Shown: piece by piece, positions 52,770-62,423 of the stretch
How positions within the stretch are numbered: the first letter of the stretch is position 1
Layout: every line of letters begins with the position of its first letter
Notes under the pieces: generated by a model
Seen by the model: the letters and a program-made list of their open reading frames with translations, nothing else
What the model was told of the DNA's origin: nothing
The model's database searches: none
Program-made: the position numbers and the translations under genes
NCBI GenBank assembly: GCA_021737545.1
Contig: JAIPDT010000001.1
Location: 7,093-71,092 of the forward strand
Direction of reading: 5' to 3'
DNA from: Desulfobacteraceae bacterium
GTDB taxonomy: Bacteria > Desulfobacterota > Desulfobacteria > Desulfobacterales > Desulfosalsimonadaceae
Length of the DNA: 64,000 bases

Positions 52770-53570
52770 TCATTCAGGGTCCGGTTCTGTTTTTAGCCGC
52801 ACGCTTTCCTGCAGAACTCTGGCGAACAGCAGGTAGCCCGTATGGCCGACCATTCTGTCATCGGGCCGAAAGCGCGAGGGGTTGGTTTTGTAGGTGCGCA
52901 GAAAGATTTCTGCTGTTTCCGTTATCAGGAAGGGATAATCGCGAATGGCCCATAGAAGCTTGCTCATCTGGTTGGCGGTAGGTACCAGCACCCCGAGGTG
53001 CCCTCCAGGCTTGAGCGCGGCATACACCGCCCCCAGGGCTCGCGAGGGGTCGCGTACATCCAGGAAAAATGCATCAAGACCTGTTTCAAAGATTCCTTCT
53101 TCCACCGCCCGGGTATAAAGCCGTACGTTTTCAAAATCCTCTTTCGGGCGCAGATTTTTGCGGATCCTGTCTGCAAGGTTTTCGTTTTTTTCATACGTGT
53201 AAACGCATCCGCTGCTTCCCACAGCCCTTGCCATGATAAGCGTCATGCCGCCCGAGCCTGTGCCTGCCTCGCCGACGTTTTTGCCCGGAAAGATGTCTAA
53301 GCGCAGCAGAATATAACCGGCATCCTTGGGGTATATTATCTGGGTGTCGCGCTTTATGCCTTTCATTACAAGGTCATAGGTATCGCATTCAAGTACGTAG
53401 TATTTTTTGCCGTTTACTTCAAATATCGCCCCTAAACCGATTTCTGCGATTTCCTGGAGCGAGATGGAACCGTTTGGCAGATTTACGGCATCTGTTTCGC
53501 CGGTGTGAACCACCCGCAGGAATTTTCTGTTATCTGTTATTACTATGGCGCCCGGAAGAAATTGTGTCAT
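52770..53570 (-). CDS. trmI: tRNA (adenine-N1)-methyltransferase TrmI/GCD14 family
   Basis: 266 aa. It has QIIYPKDAGYILLRLDIFPGKNVGEAGTGSGGMTL and DAFFLDVRDP. Confidence 0.8.
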   Translation of the reverse strand: MTQFLPGAIVITDNRKFLRVVHTGETDAVNLPNGSISLQEIAEIGLGAIFEVNGKKYYVLECDTYDLVMKGIKRDTQIIYPKDAGYILLRLDIFPGKNVGEAGTGSGGMTLIMARAVGSSGCVYTYEKNENLADRIRKNLRPKEDFENVRLYTRAVEEGIFETGLDAFFLDVRDPSRALGAVYAALKPGGHLGVLVPTANQMSKLLWAIRDYPFLITETAEIFLRTYKTNPSRFRPDDRMVGHTGYLLFARVLQESVRLKTEPDPE

Positions 53571-54716
53571 TTAGAAACGCTCAATAAGTTTGTCTATTAA
53601 ATATGAGCTTTCGCGGATGGCCTGTTCACTAAAGGGGCCGAACCATTCCGAGATTTTGTTGAATTCGGATATAAAGCGTTGCCTGTCGCCTTTTTCCAGC
53701 ATGTCCAAATTTTCGTTGATGTTCTGGATAAAGGATTTAAGAAGTTCGCGTCGCTTTTGAGATGCCAATATGATTTCCGCATACATGGCCGCGTCCTGGG
53801 CAAACAGCCGGCCTACCATGCACAATTCCAGGCGGTAGATGGGGCTGGAGAATTCCAGGGTTCGGCCTATGGGCATTTTTTTTTGTTCTATGAACTGGCC
53901 GAAGGCAAAGGTGGCAAAATGGCGCAGGGACTGGACAACCGCCATTATGTCGTCGTGTTCTTCCGCAGAAGACTTAACAATCACAGCCCCCCAGGCAGTA
54001 AACTGATCAAGGAGCCATTGGCAGGCCTCCTGATCGCGGCCGGCGGTGGCCACCACTACCTGCTTGTCCAGAGATGAAGTGGTGGGACCGAACAGCGGAT
54101 GCAGGCCGATAACCGGGCCTTTGTGAGCATTTATCATGGCTTCCAGCGGTTCCTGCTTGATGCTGGTGATATCAGCCAAAACAGCTTTATCAGGCAGATG
54201 GGGCGCAAGTGCGTAAATAATTTCTGCGGTTTTTTCAATGGGCACGGATACAATGGCAAGATCCACATTTTTGCACAGCTCGCCTGCCCGGACCCAGTCG
54301 TTTTTTCCCATAAGGCGGACACTGTAGCCGGCTGTAGAAAAACAGGCTTCAAAATACCGCCCCATTTCTCCGTATCCCCCCACGATCAGTACTACAGCCC
54401 CGTGTTTTATACCCTTTTGCCGCATTTGACCGGTTTGCTCCACTCTTGACTGGTGTAGCACGGTCCTGTAGAGCTCTTCTACAAAATCGGGGTCCAGGCC
54501 GGCTGTTTGTCCCTGGCTGCGCCTGATGGATATCATGTCTTCTTCCCGGGCGGGATGGTATACCGGCAGATGGTGTTTTTTTTTGATTTCAAGGATACGG
54601 CTGACAAGTTCCTGACGCCGGGCCAGAAGGGAGACAATCCGTTCGTCCACTTCATCGATTTTTTCCCGCAGGGCTTCGATCTCTTCCTGATACTCTGTGT
54701 ATCGTTTATCTGTCAT
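53571..54716 (-). CDS. tyrA: Bifunctional chorismate mutase / prephenate dehydrogenase
   Basis: 381 aa. It has an N-terminal CM_2 helix bundle (LREKIDEVDERIVSLLARRQELVSRILEIKK). The PDH domain has IVGGYGEMGRYF and GLHPLFGP. Confidence 0.85.
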   Translation of the reverse strand: MTDKRYTEYQEEIEALREKIDEVDERIVSLLARRQELVSRILEIKKKHHLPVYHPAREEDMISIRRSQGQTAGLDPDFVEELYRTVLHQSRVEQTGQMRQKGIKHGAVVLIVGGYGEMGRYFEACFSTAGYSVRLMGKNDWVRAGELCKNVDLAIVSVPIEKTAEIIYALAPHLPDKAVLADITSIKQEPLEAMINAHKGPVIGLHPLFGPTTSSLDKQVVVATAGRDQEACQWLLDQFTAWGAVIVKSSAEEHDDIMAVVQSLRHFATFAFGQFIEQKKMPIGRTLEFSSPIYRLELCMVGRLFAQDAAMYAEIILASQKRRELLKSFIQNINENLDMLEKGDRQRFISEFNKISEWFGPFSEQAIRESSYLIDKLIERF

Positions 54717-54870
54717 TATGCGGTCCTTTTATCCGGCTTAGCTGATAGACAACCCTGAATGATATAGAAACGCGGCAGGATGTCAAGAAGCAGCGGGCTG
54801 TTTTTTGCCAGAAGCTGTAAAATACGTTATTATAAAATATTAAATTTTTGAATTTATCCGGAGACTGCAT

Positions 54871-55959
54871 ATGAGGTTCAAAATATTTTCTTCCCTTGCC
54901 GCAGGTCTCGTGCTTTCAGCAATTGGATTCTATTTCGCTTTTCGCAATGTGCCCCTGAACCTGCTTGCAGAAAGTCTTGCTGAAGTCAATTATCTATGGC
55001 TGGTCCCCGGCGCAGTGGTGGGACTTCTTTCGTTTGCTGTAAGAGCGCTCAGGTGGCGGTTAATACTCAGTTCCACCCTGAAGCTGCCGTTTTCCTCGGC
55101 CTTTCATCCTATGATGGTCGGTTTTATGGTAAATTCCGTTCTGCCCGGCCGCATCGGCGAACTGGCGCGACCGGCCATTATAAAAAAACAGGATAATGTA
55201 GCTTTTACCCTGGGCCTGACCACCATTGCAGCAGAGCGCTTTCTGGATGCGGTAACACTTATTGTTTTGTTTGCATGGGTGCTTGCCACCGTGCATATTG
55301 ACCCCGGCCTGCAGACAGAATTCCGGGGCCGCCAACTGGATCGCCATACTCTTGAAAGTCTTTCCCTGGCCCTGATCCGGATAAGCGTGATTGCGGCGGC
55401 CGCGGTGATTGCCGTAAGCATCCCCGCAGTTCAGCGGTTTGTAAAAAAGTTTATCCTTAACGCTCCCTCGCTGTTTTTCCCCAAGGACAGCCGTTTTGCA
55501 GAAAAGGTCCGCGCAAAATGCTGTCTTCCATTAACACATATCCTGGATAACATCGCAGCCGGGCTTTCCATGGTCAAGCAGCCTGGAGTCCTTTTATTTT
55601 GTGTGTTTTATTCATTTATTATCTGGCTGATGCAGTCCCTTGCGCTCTACATACTCTCCCTTGGATTCCCGGGTTTTTCGCTCGGATTTGGAGAGATGAC
55701 CACGGTGTTCATTATTATTTGTTTTTTTATCATGCTGCCCTCCGTGCCCGGATACTGGGGGTTGTGGGAGGCCGGCGGGGTTTTTGCCATGGCCCTTTTC
55801 GGGGTGGCCTCAGATCTTGCAGCGGGATTTTCGCTTTTAAGCCATGTAATGCTTATGTTTCCCGTGCTTTTTGTGGGGATTTATTCGGCTGTTGTCAGCG
55901 GGGTCAATATTTTCCGGATCAGCTACGAAGGGATAAAGAGAGATCAGCCGGAGGTCTGA
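54871..55959 (+). CDS. Flippase-like (UPF0104 / lysyl-PG synthase TM-region family) membrane protein
   Basis: 362 aa with about 8 TM helices. It has RALRWRLIL..LPGRIGELARP, characteristic of this family. Confidence 0.65.
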   Translation: MRFKIFSSLAAGLVLSAIGFYFAFRNVPLNLLAESLAEVNYLWLVPGAVVGLLSFAVRALRWRLILSSTLKLPFSSAFHPMMVGFMVNSVLPGRIGELARPAIIKKQDNVAFTLGLTTIAAERFLDAVTLIVLFAWVLATVHIDPGLQTEFRGRQLDRHTLESLSLALIRISVIAAAAVIAVSIPAVQRFVKKFILNAPSLFFPKDSRFAEKVRAKCCLPLTHILDNIAAGLSMVKQPGVLLFCVFYSFIIWLMQSLALYILSLGFPGFSLGFGEMTTVFIIICFFIMLPSVPGYWGLWEAGGVFAMALFGVASDLAAGFSLLSHVMLMFPVLFVGIYSAVVSGVNIFRISYEGIKRDQPEV

Positions 55960-55972
55960 GACATGCCCTGAT

Positions 55973-57655
55973 TTAGAACAGAAGTTTTCCGGCTTGTTCC
56001 ATGGGCAGCGGTTCATCGTAGAACCATCCCTGACCGTATTCACAGTCCATTTCCTGAAGGGTCGCAACATCTTGCCGGTTTTCCAGCCCTTCGGCCACCA
56101 CGCTCATTCCCAGGCGATGCGCCAGTTCAATGGTGCTGCCTACGATAGCCTGGTTGCGCGGAGTGCGGTGTATTTGGTTTATAAGGGACTTGTCGATTTT
56201 GAGGGTGTCAAAGGGAAAGTGGTTGAGATAGTTTAAAGAACAGTAGCCTTTGCCGAAATCATCAAGGGATGTGCGCACGTTGATGCGCGTCAGTTCATTT
56301 AAGATCTCTGCGAGCCGGTCCGTATTTTCTATAAGAGCTGTTTCAGTGAGCTCCAGATTGATGTGCGAGCTGCCCGCACCCGTTTTTTCAAGCGCTCCCT
56401 GCAGGACCGTGAGAAATTCGGGATCTGCGAATTGATATGCAGACACATTAACGCTTATTGTGAAGTTGTTGTTTTTGCCCGCTGTTTTTTCCCATTCCGC
56501 CGCCTGTCGGCAGACCTCGTAGATTACCCAGTTGCCAAGCGGGATAATCGCCCCGGTATCCTCGGCGATCGGGATGAATTGTTCGGGCATGATAATGCCT
56601 TTTTCCGGGTGTCTCCATCTGACAAGGGCTTCATATCCGGCAACGTCACCGTTTTTGAGCCGGACAATGGGCTGGTAATGCATCAGGAACTGGTAGTTGT
56701 TTAACGCCCGGCGAAGATCGGGTTCCAGCGCCAGTCTGCGCATGGCCTCCTGGTGCAGGGTGTCGTCGAATATCTTGAAGCCGCCTCGCGTACCGGCTCG
56801 TCTGGCGGCCAGGCCGGCGTCGCGGAACATGATCTCCGCATTTGTGTAAGGGGGCTTATTGTATACCATACCCACGTTGACCCTGCCTGCAATTTCATGG
56901 CCGGCCAGGTTTAGCGGCGTGCTGAGGGTTTCATAAATACTTATGGCCGCGGCATTTCCTTTAGTTAAAGACGGCAGGTCAAAGAGCAGGACTGCAAAGG
57001 TTTGCTCCCCTGTTCGGGCAAGCAGTGTATCCTCGGCAAGGGTATTTCGGAGCTGTCGGGCCCGTTTTACCAGGTATTCGTTTGCCGTCCTGCGGCCCAG
57101 GGTTTCAAAGATAATTGGATACTTGCGCATTTGAACGGAAATAACGGCAAAAAGAGAGGGGAGGCGGTCGCTTCGGTTGATCTGTTCGGACAGACGCCGG
57201 AGAAAATAATGGTGGTTGGGCAGTCCGGTTGCCGAATCATACATGCTGAGATATTCTTTTTCAATATCCTGAAGTCGTTTTTTTTCCAGGCTGGAAAAAA
57301 TCCGGGCACGCAGCATTACCGGATTGAAGGGTTTTGTCAGGTAATCTTCGGCTCCACGTTCAATGCAGGTAACGGCGCTTTCCATGTCGTCCACTGATGT
57401 AACCATGATAACCGGGATATGCCGAAGGTTCACGTCCGCCTTCATGGTTTTTAAAACCTCATGCCCGTCAATCTCGGGCATCAGGACATCGAGCAGCACC
57501 AGATCGGCCCGGGTTCTCTTGAGCCGGTCCAGGGCCTCTCTTCCGTTCTCCGCTTCGTAAATGAACTCAAAGCCCAGTTTATTAAGTATTCTGACCAGGG
57601 CAAAGCGGGTGGACTTGACGTCTTCTACCACCAGGATTGCAGCTTCGGTGTTCAT
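55973..57655 (-). CDS. Response regulator REC + degenerate GGDEF + EAL (c-di-GMP phosphodiesterase)
   Basis: 560 aa. The REC domain has DLVLLDVLMPEIDG. The GGDEF-like domain starts YDSATGLPNHHYF, but its signature reads RTGEQTF instead of RxGGDEF. The EAL domain has YEALVRW, DDFGKGYCSLNYL, LKIDKS and EGLENRQ. Confidence 0.85.
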   Translation of the reverse strand: MNTEAAILVVEDVKSTRFALVRILNKLGFEFIYEAENGREALDRLKRTRADLVLLDVLMPEIDGHEVLKTMKADVNLRHIPVIMVTSVDDMESAVTCIERGAEDYLTKPFNPVMLRARIFSSLEKKRLQDIEKEYLSMYDSATGLPNHHYFLRRLSEQINRSDRLPSLFAVISVQMRKYPIIFETLGRRTANEYLVKRARQLRNTLAEDTLLARTGEQTFAVLLFDLPSLTKGNAAAISIYETLSTPLNLAGHEIAGRVNVGMVYNKPPYTNAEIMFRDAGLAARRAGTRGGFKIFDDTLHQEAMRRLALEPDLRRALNNYQFLMHYQPIVRLKNGDVAGYEALVRWRHPEKGIIMPEQFIPIAEDTGAIIPLGNWVIYEVCRQAAEWEKTAGKNNNFTISVNVSAYQFADPEFLTVLQGALEKTGAGSSHINLELTETALIENTDRLAEILNELTRINVRTSLDDFGKGYCSLNYLNHFPFDTLKIDKSLINQIHRTPRNQAIVGSTIELAHRLGMSVVAEGLENRQDVATLQEMDCEYGQGWFYDEPLPMEQAGKLLF

Positions 57656-57666
57656 AGATTGTTTGC

Positions 57667-58437
57667 CTATTCGCCATTGAATACAGGCCGCCGTTTTTCC
57701 AGAAATGCGGTAAAGCCTTCCGCAGCGTCCTTTGAGGAACCCGTGGCCGCGAGGCCCTCGCGCTCTGCTTCCAGCCCCTGTTCCATGCCTTCGTAGATGC
57801 CTGCTGTCATGGCCCGCAATACCCAGCCCACAGCTACCGGCGGGCGTTCGGCTATTTTTTGTGCAAACGAGAAGGCCTCGTCCATGAGTTTTTCCGGCGG
57901 CACGATCTGATGGACCAGCCCTGCATCAAGGGATTCGGCCGCGCTCAAGCGCTTTGAAAACAGAATCATGTCCAGGGCTTTTGTCCTTCCCACCTCCCGC
58001 ATCAGCCGCTGGGTGCCGCCCCAGCCCGGAATAATGCCCAGATTGAGCTCTGTAAGGCCGACCCCGGCTTTGGGAGAATCCGCCATAAGCCGGAAATGAC
58101 AGCAAAGGGCGAGTTCAAAACCGCCACCAAAGGCATGCCCGTTTATGGCCGCGATAAAAGGCTTTTCGAATCTGTCAATCCGGCGCCACAGGTTTTGCCC
58201 CTTGACTGCCGTCCTGGCTGAATCGGCTGCATCCTTTATGTCAAAACCTGCAGAAAAGCATTTTTCTCCGGCACCGGTAAGAATAACAACCCTTACGTTC
58301 CTGTCGTTTTCAATCCTGTCGAGCTTTTTTTCGAAGTCTTCAAGAGCCGCCAGGCTCCAGGCATTTGCAGGATCGCGATTGAAGGTGATGGTGGCAATGT
58401 GATTACTGATTCCCAGAATATTGAGTTCGGTTGTCAC
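57667..58437 (-). CDS. Enoyl-CoA hydratase/isomerase (crotonase) family
   Basis: 256 aa. It has VVILTGAGEKCFSAGFDIK and AAINGHAFGGGFELALCC. Confidence 0.85.
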   Translation of the reverse strand: MTTELNILGISNHIATITFNRDPANAWSLAALEDFEKKLDRIENDRNVRVVILTGAGEKCFSAGFDIKDAADSARTAVKGQNLWRRIDRFEKPFIAAINGHAFGGGFELALCCHFRLMADSPKAGVGLTELNLGIIPGWGGTQRLMREVGRTKALDMILFSKRLSAAESLDAGLVHQIVPPEKLMDEAFSFAQKIAERPPVAVGWVLRAMTAGIYEGMEQGLEAEREGLAATGSSKDAAEGFTAFLEKRRPVFNGE

Positions 58438-58470
58438 AGTTGCCTCCTTGAGAGATAAAGATCCACAAAA

Positions 58471-58628
58471 TTATTTAGTGCCCATCCAGAAATGGCTAAT
58501 TTGCCCAATTTCTGCGTCAGGCGAAAATTTTAATCCTCAAAATACTTTGAGTATTCCTGCAGTTAAAATTTTCGCCTTCCTTGAACTTGAACAAATTATC
58601 TGATTTCTGGACGGACACTATTTAAATA
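58471..58628. repeat. 158-bp nested-palindrome intergenic element (MITE/REP-like), full copy
   Basis: It has ~25-nt imperfect terminal inverted repeats: TTATTTAGTGCCCATCCAGAAAT versus the reverse complement TATTTAAATAGTGTCCGTCCAGAAAT. The inner perfect inverted repeat is ggcgaaaatttta (58520-58532) / taaaattttcgcc (58564-58576). The centre is CTCAAA-ATAC-TTTGAG. The right arm recurs at 62205. Confidence 0.7.
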
Positions 58629-58835
58629 TATTATCCGATTTTTGTGCTAAAAGTGCAAAAGCTTCGTCCGGTTTAAAAAAAGATTGTTTTTTTATTTATC
58701 TCAGAGAGTTTTGAAAAATCCTCGCAAATTTGAAAAAAATTTACTAAATACTGGACAGTATTTTACAGGATACCTGTATGTCATGGTTTGTCAATCAAAA
58801 AGAAGGACCGGCAGCAATTTCCGGGATGATCGTTT

Positions 58836-59765
58836 ATGGATCGGGTAATCGAGGCAAGAGAGGTATATAAATTTTTCAAGGGCGTCCGCGCCGTGGACGG
58901 CGTGGACCTGGAAATCGGGAAAGGGGAGTTTGCCGCGCTGCTCGGTCCCAATGGGGCTGGAAAGACCACCCTGGTGGAGATGATAGAAGGAATCCAGAAG
59001 CCGGACAGCGGCGATATTCGTATCATGGGCATGCCGTGGAAGGGAAATCAAGAGGCGATCCGAAATATTATCGGCCTTTCGCTGCAGGAGACCCGTTTCA
59101 TGGACAAGCTGAATGTATGGGAGACACTTCGTCTGTTTGCCTCTTTTTTCGATCTCGGCGGAAAACGGGTACGCTATATCCTGGAGCTCGTCGGGCTGGA
59201 TGGAAAGCACCGGGCCCGCGTGGAAAATCTTTCCGGGGGGCAGCGCCAGCGTCTGGCCCTCGGCATAGCCCTTTTGAATTCACCGAAGATCCTTTTGTTA
59301 GACGAGCCTACTACAGGCCTTGACCCCAATGCCAGAAGAGAAATCTGGTCGATCCTGCTTGATCTGAAAAACAACACCGATACTTCCCTGGTGCTTACCA
59401 CCCATTATATGGAAGAGGCTGAAAAATTATGCGATCACATTCTGATCATAGACCGGGGAAAGGTCCTGCGAGAAGGGGGACTGGAGGATCTGCTGGCAGA
59501 AGATCAAAAAGAAAAAATAATCGAGTTCACCCTTGAAGATTTTTCCGTCTCAAAACAAGCCATTGCCGCAGAAGCGCCATTTCCGGTTCAATGGAACAGG
59601 GCCAACGGCAGAGGCGCTGTCCGCCTGGATCATATTGAAAGCCAGCTTCCTGTTTTTCTGGATTTTTTGCGCAGCAGAAACCTGCACATGAAAAATATGG
59701 AATGCCGCAGAAAGACGCTTGATGATCTTTTCACCGAGATGACAGGAAGGCGTTTGCATGAGTAA
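58836..59765 (+). CDS. ABC transporter ATP-binding protein (ABC-2/DrrA-like)
   Basis: 309 aa. It has Walker A GPNGAGKTT, the signature LSGGQRQRL and Walker B LLLDEPT. Confidence 0.85.
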   Translation: MDRVIEAREVYKFFKGVRAVDGVDLEIGKGEFAALLGPNGAGKTTLVEMIEGIQKPDSGDIRIMGMPWKGNQEAIRNIIGLSLQETRFMDKLNVWETLRLFASFFDLGGKRVRYILELVGLDGKHRARVENLSGGQRQRLALGIALLNSPKILLLDEPTTGLDPNARREIWSILLDLKNNTDTSLVLTTHYMEEAEKLCDHILIIDRGKVLREGGLEDLLAEDQKEKIIEFTLEDFSVSKQAIAAEAPFPVQWNRANGRGAVRLDHIESQLPVFLDFLRSRNLHMKNMECRRKTLDDLFTEMTGRRLHE

Positions 59766-60897
59766 GCCGGTGCGATACTATCAGCTCTGTCACCTGACTG
59801 TCGCCCATTTCAAGGAATTAATCAGGGAGCCGGCAGTGATTTTCTGGGGGATTGTCTTTCCCATGTTAATATCCCTTGGATTGGGCATGGCGTTTACTCA
59901 GAAAGGGGGCATTGAACATCACGTGGGCGTAATTGCAGAAAAAGAAGCCTCGGAAACAGGGGATTTGCAAATCAAGGATTTTTTGAGCAGGCATGCTGAA
60001 AAATTTTCTGATGCGGAAAATCGGTTTCAGGGCTACAGGCTTGTCATTGAAAATCCGCAGATGGGAAACACCACGTTTATTTTTACTGAAACCGACTGGA
60101 GCTCAGCCATTGTGCGGCTCAAGCGCGGCAGGCTCAACCTGATTGTAGAGGATACAGGGGGCGGGATCCGGTATCACTTCGATCCCAGCAATCCGGATGC
60201 AGAGCTTGCCTACCTGAAGCTGTCAAAGGTCTTGGAAGGCGGTTCGTCGGTTCAAAAACCTGAAGTTGCCCGCAAGATCGAGCCCCTGACAGTGACCGGT
60301 ACACGGTATATCGATTTTCTGGTCCCCGGGTTAATTGCCATGGGCGCTATGATGTCTTGCATGTGGGGCATTAGTTACGGCATGATAGACAAGCGGTCCA
60401 AGAAGCTTTTAAGGCGGATGGTTGCCACGCCCATGCGAAGATCGCATTTTCTGATTGCGCTGATGGCGGTGCGTATCGCCATGAATATTATTGAAGCGGT
60501 ACTTTTGTTTGTTTTTGCCTGGCTGGTATTCGATATTTCAGTGAAAGGGAGCATCCCCGCCCTGGCCGTGATTTTCTTATCCGGTAACATCGCATTCTGC
60601 GGGCTTGCCATTTTTGTTTCATCGCGCACCGCAAATACAGAGGTGGGAAACGGGCTGATCAACGCGGTGGTACTTCCAATGACCGTGCTTTCCGGGATAT
60701 TTTTCAGTTATTACAATTTCCCTGAAGCGGTCGTGCCTATTATCCGGAAGCTCCCTCTGACCTTGTTTACAGACGGGATTCGCAGCATTTTTACCGAAGG
60801 TGCCGGTTTTGCCCAAACCGGTTTTTCTTCAATTATTCTGCTGGCTTTTGGGGCGTTTTTCTTTTCCATCGGACTGCGCGTATTCCGCTGGCACTAG
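59758..60897 (+). CDS. ABC-2 type transporter permease
   Basis: 379 aa. It has an N-terminal TM, a large loop, then 5 C-terminal TM helices. It overlaps the ATPase gene by 8 nt. Confidence 0.75.
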   Translation: MSKPVRYYQLCHLTVAHFKELIREPAVIFWGIVFPMLISLGLGMAFTQKGGIEHHVGVIAEKEASETGDLQIKDFLSRHAEKFSDAENRFQGYRLVIENPQMGNTTFIFTETDWSSAIVRLKRGRLNLIVEDTGGGIRYHFDPSNPDAELAYLKLSKVLEGGSSVQKPEVARKIEPLTVTGTRYIDFLVPGLIAMGAMMSCMWGISYGMIDKRSKKLLRRMVATPMRRSHFLIALMAVRIAMNIIEAVLLFVFAWLVFDISVKGSIPALAVIFLSGNIAFCGLAIFVSSRTANTEVGNGLINAVVLPMTVLSGIFFSYYNFPEAVVPIIRKLPLTLFTDGIRSIFTEGAGFAQTGFSSIILLAFGAFFFSIGLRVFRWH

Positions 60898-60990
60898 GTT
60901 CCGGTTTTTTAGCTGTTGAAAACCGGGATTAAAAATAGTATGAAATAATTATAAATTTTAACACACACACAATTAAAGAAGAGAGAGTTT

Positions 60991-62205
60991 ATGACCAACG
61001 AAGCACTGGGCGGGTTCAAGACCTTTGACCTGCCCGAGCCCGTGATGCGGGCCATCGAAGAAATCGGATTTGAATATTGCACACCGATTCAGGCAGACAT
61101 TCTGCCTGCAGCACTCGCCGGAAAAGACGCCAGCGGCCGGGCCCAGACAGGGACCGGAAAAACTGCCGCATTTTTAATTTCAGCCATTACACGTATACGG
61201 AACAATCCGATTGAAGCAAAGAGAAAAAAGGGTTCGCCCAGGGTTCTCATTCTCGCGCCAACCCGGGAGCTGGTTATTCAGATCAGTGAGGAAGCCCGGG
61301 AGCTGGCAAAGTATTGCAACGTGAATATTATCCCGGTTTTCGGCGGGATGGATTATGTAAAACAGCAGAAACAGCTGGGGCAGAAACCGGTGGATATTAT
61401 TGTGGCCACCCCGGGGCGGCTGCTTGATTTTAATCGCCGGGGCCTGGTTTCCTTAAAAGAGATTGAAATTCTTGTTATTGACGAAGCAGACCGCATGCTG
61501 GATATGGGATTTATTCCGGACGTGCGAAAAATTATTCAAAGTACTCCGCAGAAGGGAAAACGCCAGACCATGCTGTTTTCAGCTACGCTTACCCGGGAAA
61601 TAATGAGGCTTTCCGAGCAGTGGACAAGGGATCCGGTGACAGTTGAAATCGAGCCTGCGCAGGTTGCCGTAGATACGGTCGACCAGGTTATCTATATTGT
61701 GACCATGGAGGAAAAGTTCGGCTTGCTCTACAATATCATAGAAAAACAGGGCCTGGAGAGGGTACTTGTGTTCTGCAACCGAAAGGACGAGGTCAGGCGC
61801 CTGACCGAAATGTTTTCACGCTATGAAATTAATTGTGCGATGATTTCAGGTGATGTGGACCAAAAAAAGCGCATGTCCAGGCTCGATGCTTTTAAGTCCG
61901 GAAAAATCCGTGTGCTGGTGGCCACGGACGTAGCCGGCAGAGGGATTCACATTGAGGGTATGAACCACGTAGTCAACTTCAAGCTGCCCTGTGATCCGGA
62001 AGATTATGTGCATCGTATCGGCAGGACCGGCCGGGCCGGGACGTTGGGCACAGCGATCAGTTTCGCAGACGAGGACGATGCATTCTATATACCTGCAATT
62101 GAACAGTATCTGGGGCGCAGTCTTGCCTGTATCGATCCGCCCGAGGATTGGCTGGTCATGCCGCAGGTCCCGCCGATTCGCAGGAAGTCCCTGAAAAGAG
62201 CCTGA
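60991..62205 (+). CDS. DEAD-box ATP-dependent RNA helicase
   Basis: 404 aa. It has the Q motif (FEYCTPIQ), [33 protein letters not shown] and [10 protein letters not shown]. Confidence 0.9.
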   Translation: MTNEALGGFKTFDLPEPVMRAIEEIGFEYCTPIQADILPAALAGKDASGRAQTGTGKTAAFLISAITRIRNNPIEAKRKKGSPRVLILAPTRELVIQISEEARELAKYCNVNIIPVFGGMDYVKQQKQLGQKPVDIIVATPGRLLDFNRRGLVSLKEIEILVIDEADRMLDMGFIPDVRKIIQSTPQKGKRQTMLFSATLTREIMRLSEQWTRDPVTVEIEPAQVAVDTVDQVIYIVTMEEKFGLLYNIIEKQGLERVLVFCNRKDEVRRLTEMFSRYEINCAMISGDVDQKKRMSRLDAFKSGKIRVLVATDVAGRGIHIEGMNHVVNFKLPCDPEDYVHRIGRTGRAGTLGTAISFADEDDAFYIPAIEQYLGRSLACIDPPEDWLVMPQVPPIRRKSLKRA

Positions 62206-62264
62206 ATTTTCGCCTTCCTTGAACCTGAACAAATTATCTGATTTCCGGATGGACACTATTTAAA
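62205..62264. repeat. Half copy (right arm) of the 58.5-kb palindromic element
   Basis: 57 of 60 nt are identical to 58567-58626. It starts at the last base of the helicase stop codon. Confidence 0.75.
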
Positions 62265-62423
62265 AGATTTACGGATGCCTCCGAAAGGTAATGTATAGGA
62301 AGGCTCGGAATTTTTGCTCTTGACTTAATCGGTTTCTATTCATTATGGGAACAAAAAATTGTGCGGGAGACGGTCGCGGTAAATCAATGAACCCGCAAAA
62401 TAAGAAGGCCACAGGAGGAGGCT

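Noticed and set aside
58752-58767. Sigma54 promoter (TGGACAG-N4-TTAC) upstream of the ABC transporter.
   Set aside because: It lacks the invariant GC of the -12 element. The same core occurs in the wrong orientation upstream of the molybdoenzyme cluster, so a promoter call is not supported.
60960-60990. (AC)5 and (GA)n microsatellite immediately upstream of the DEAD-box helicase start.
   Set aside because: It is very short (about 10 nt each). It more likely just forms the purine-rich RBS region, and there is no evidence for phase variation.
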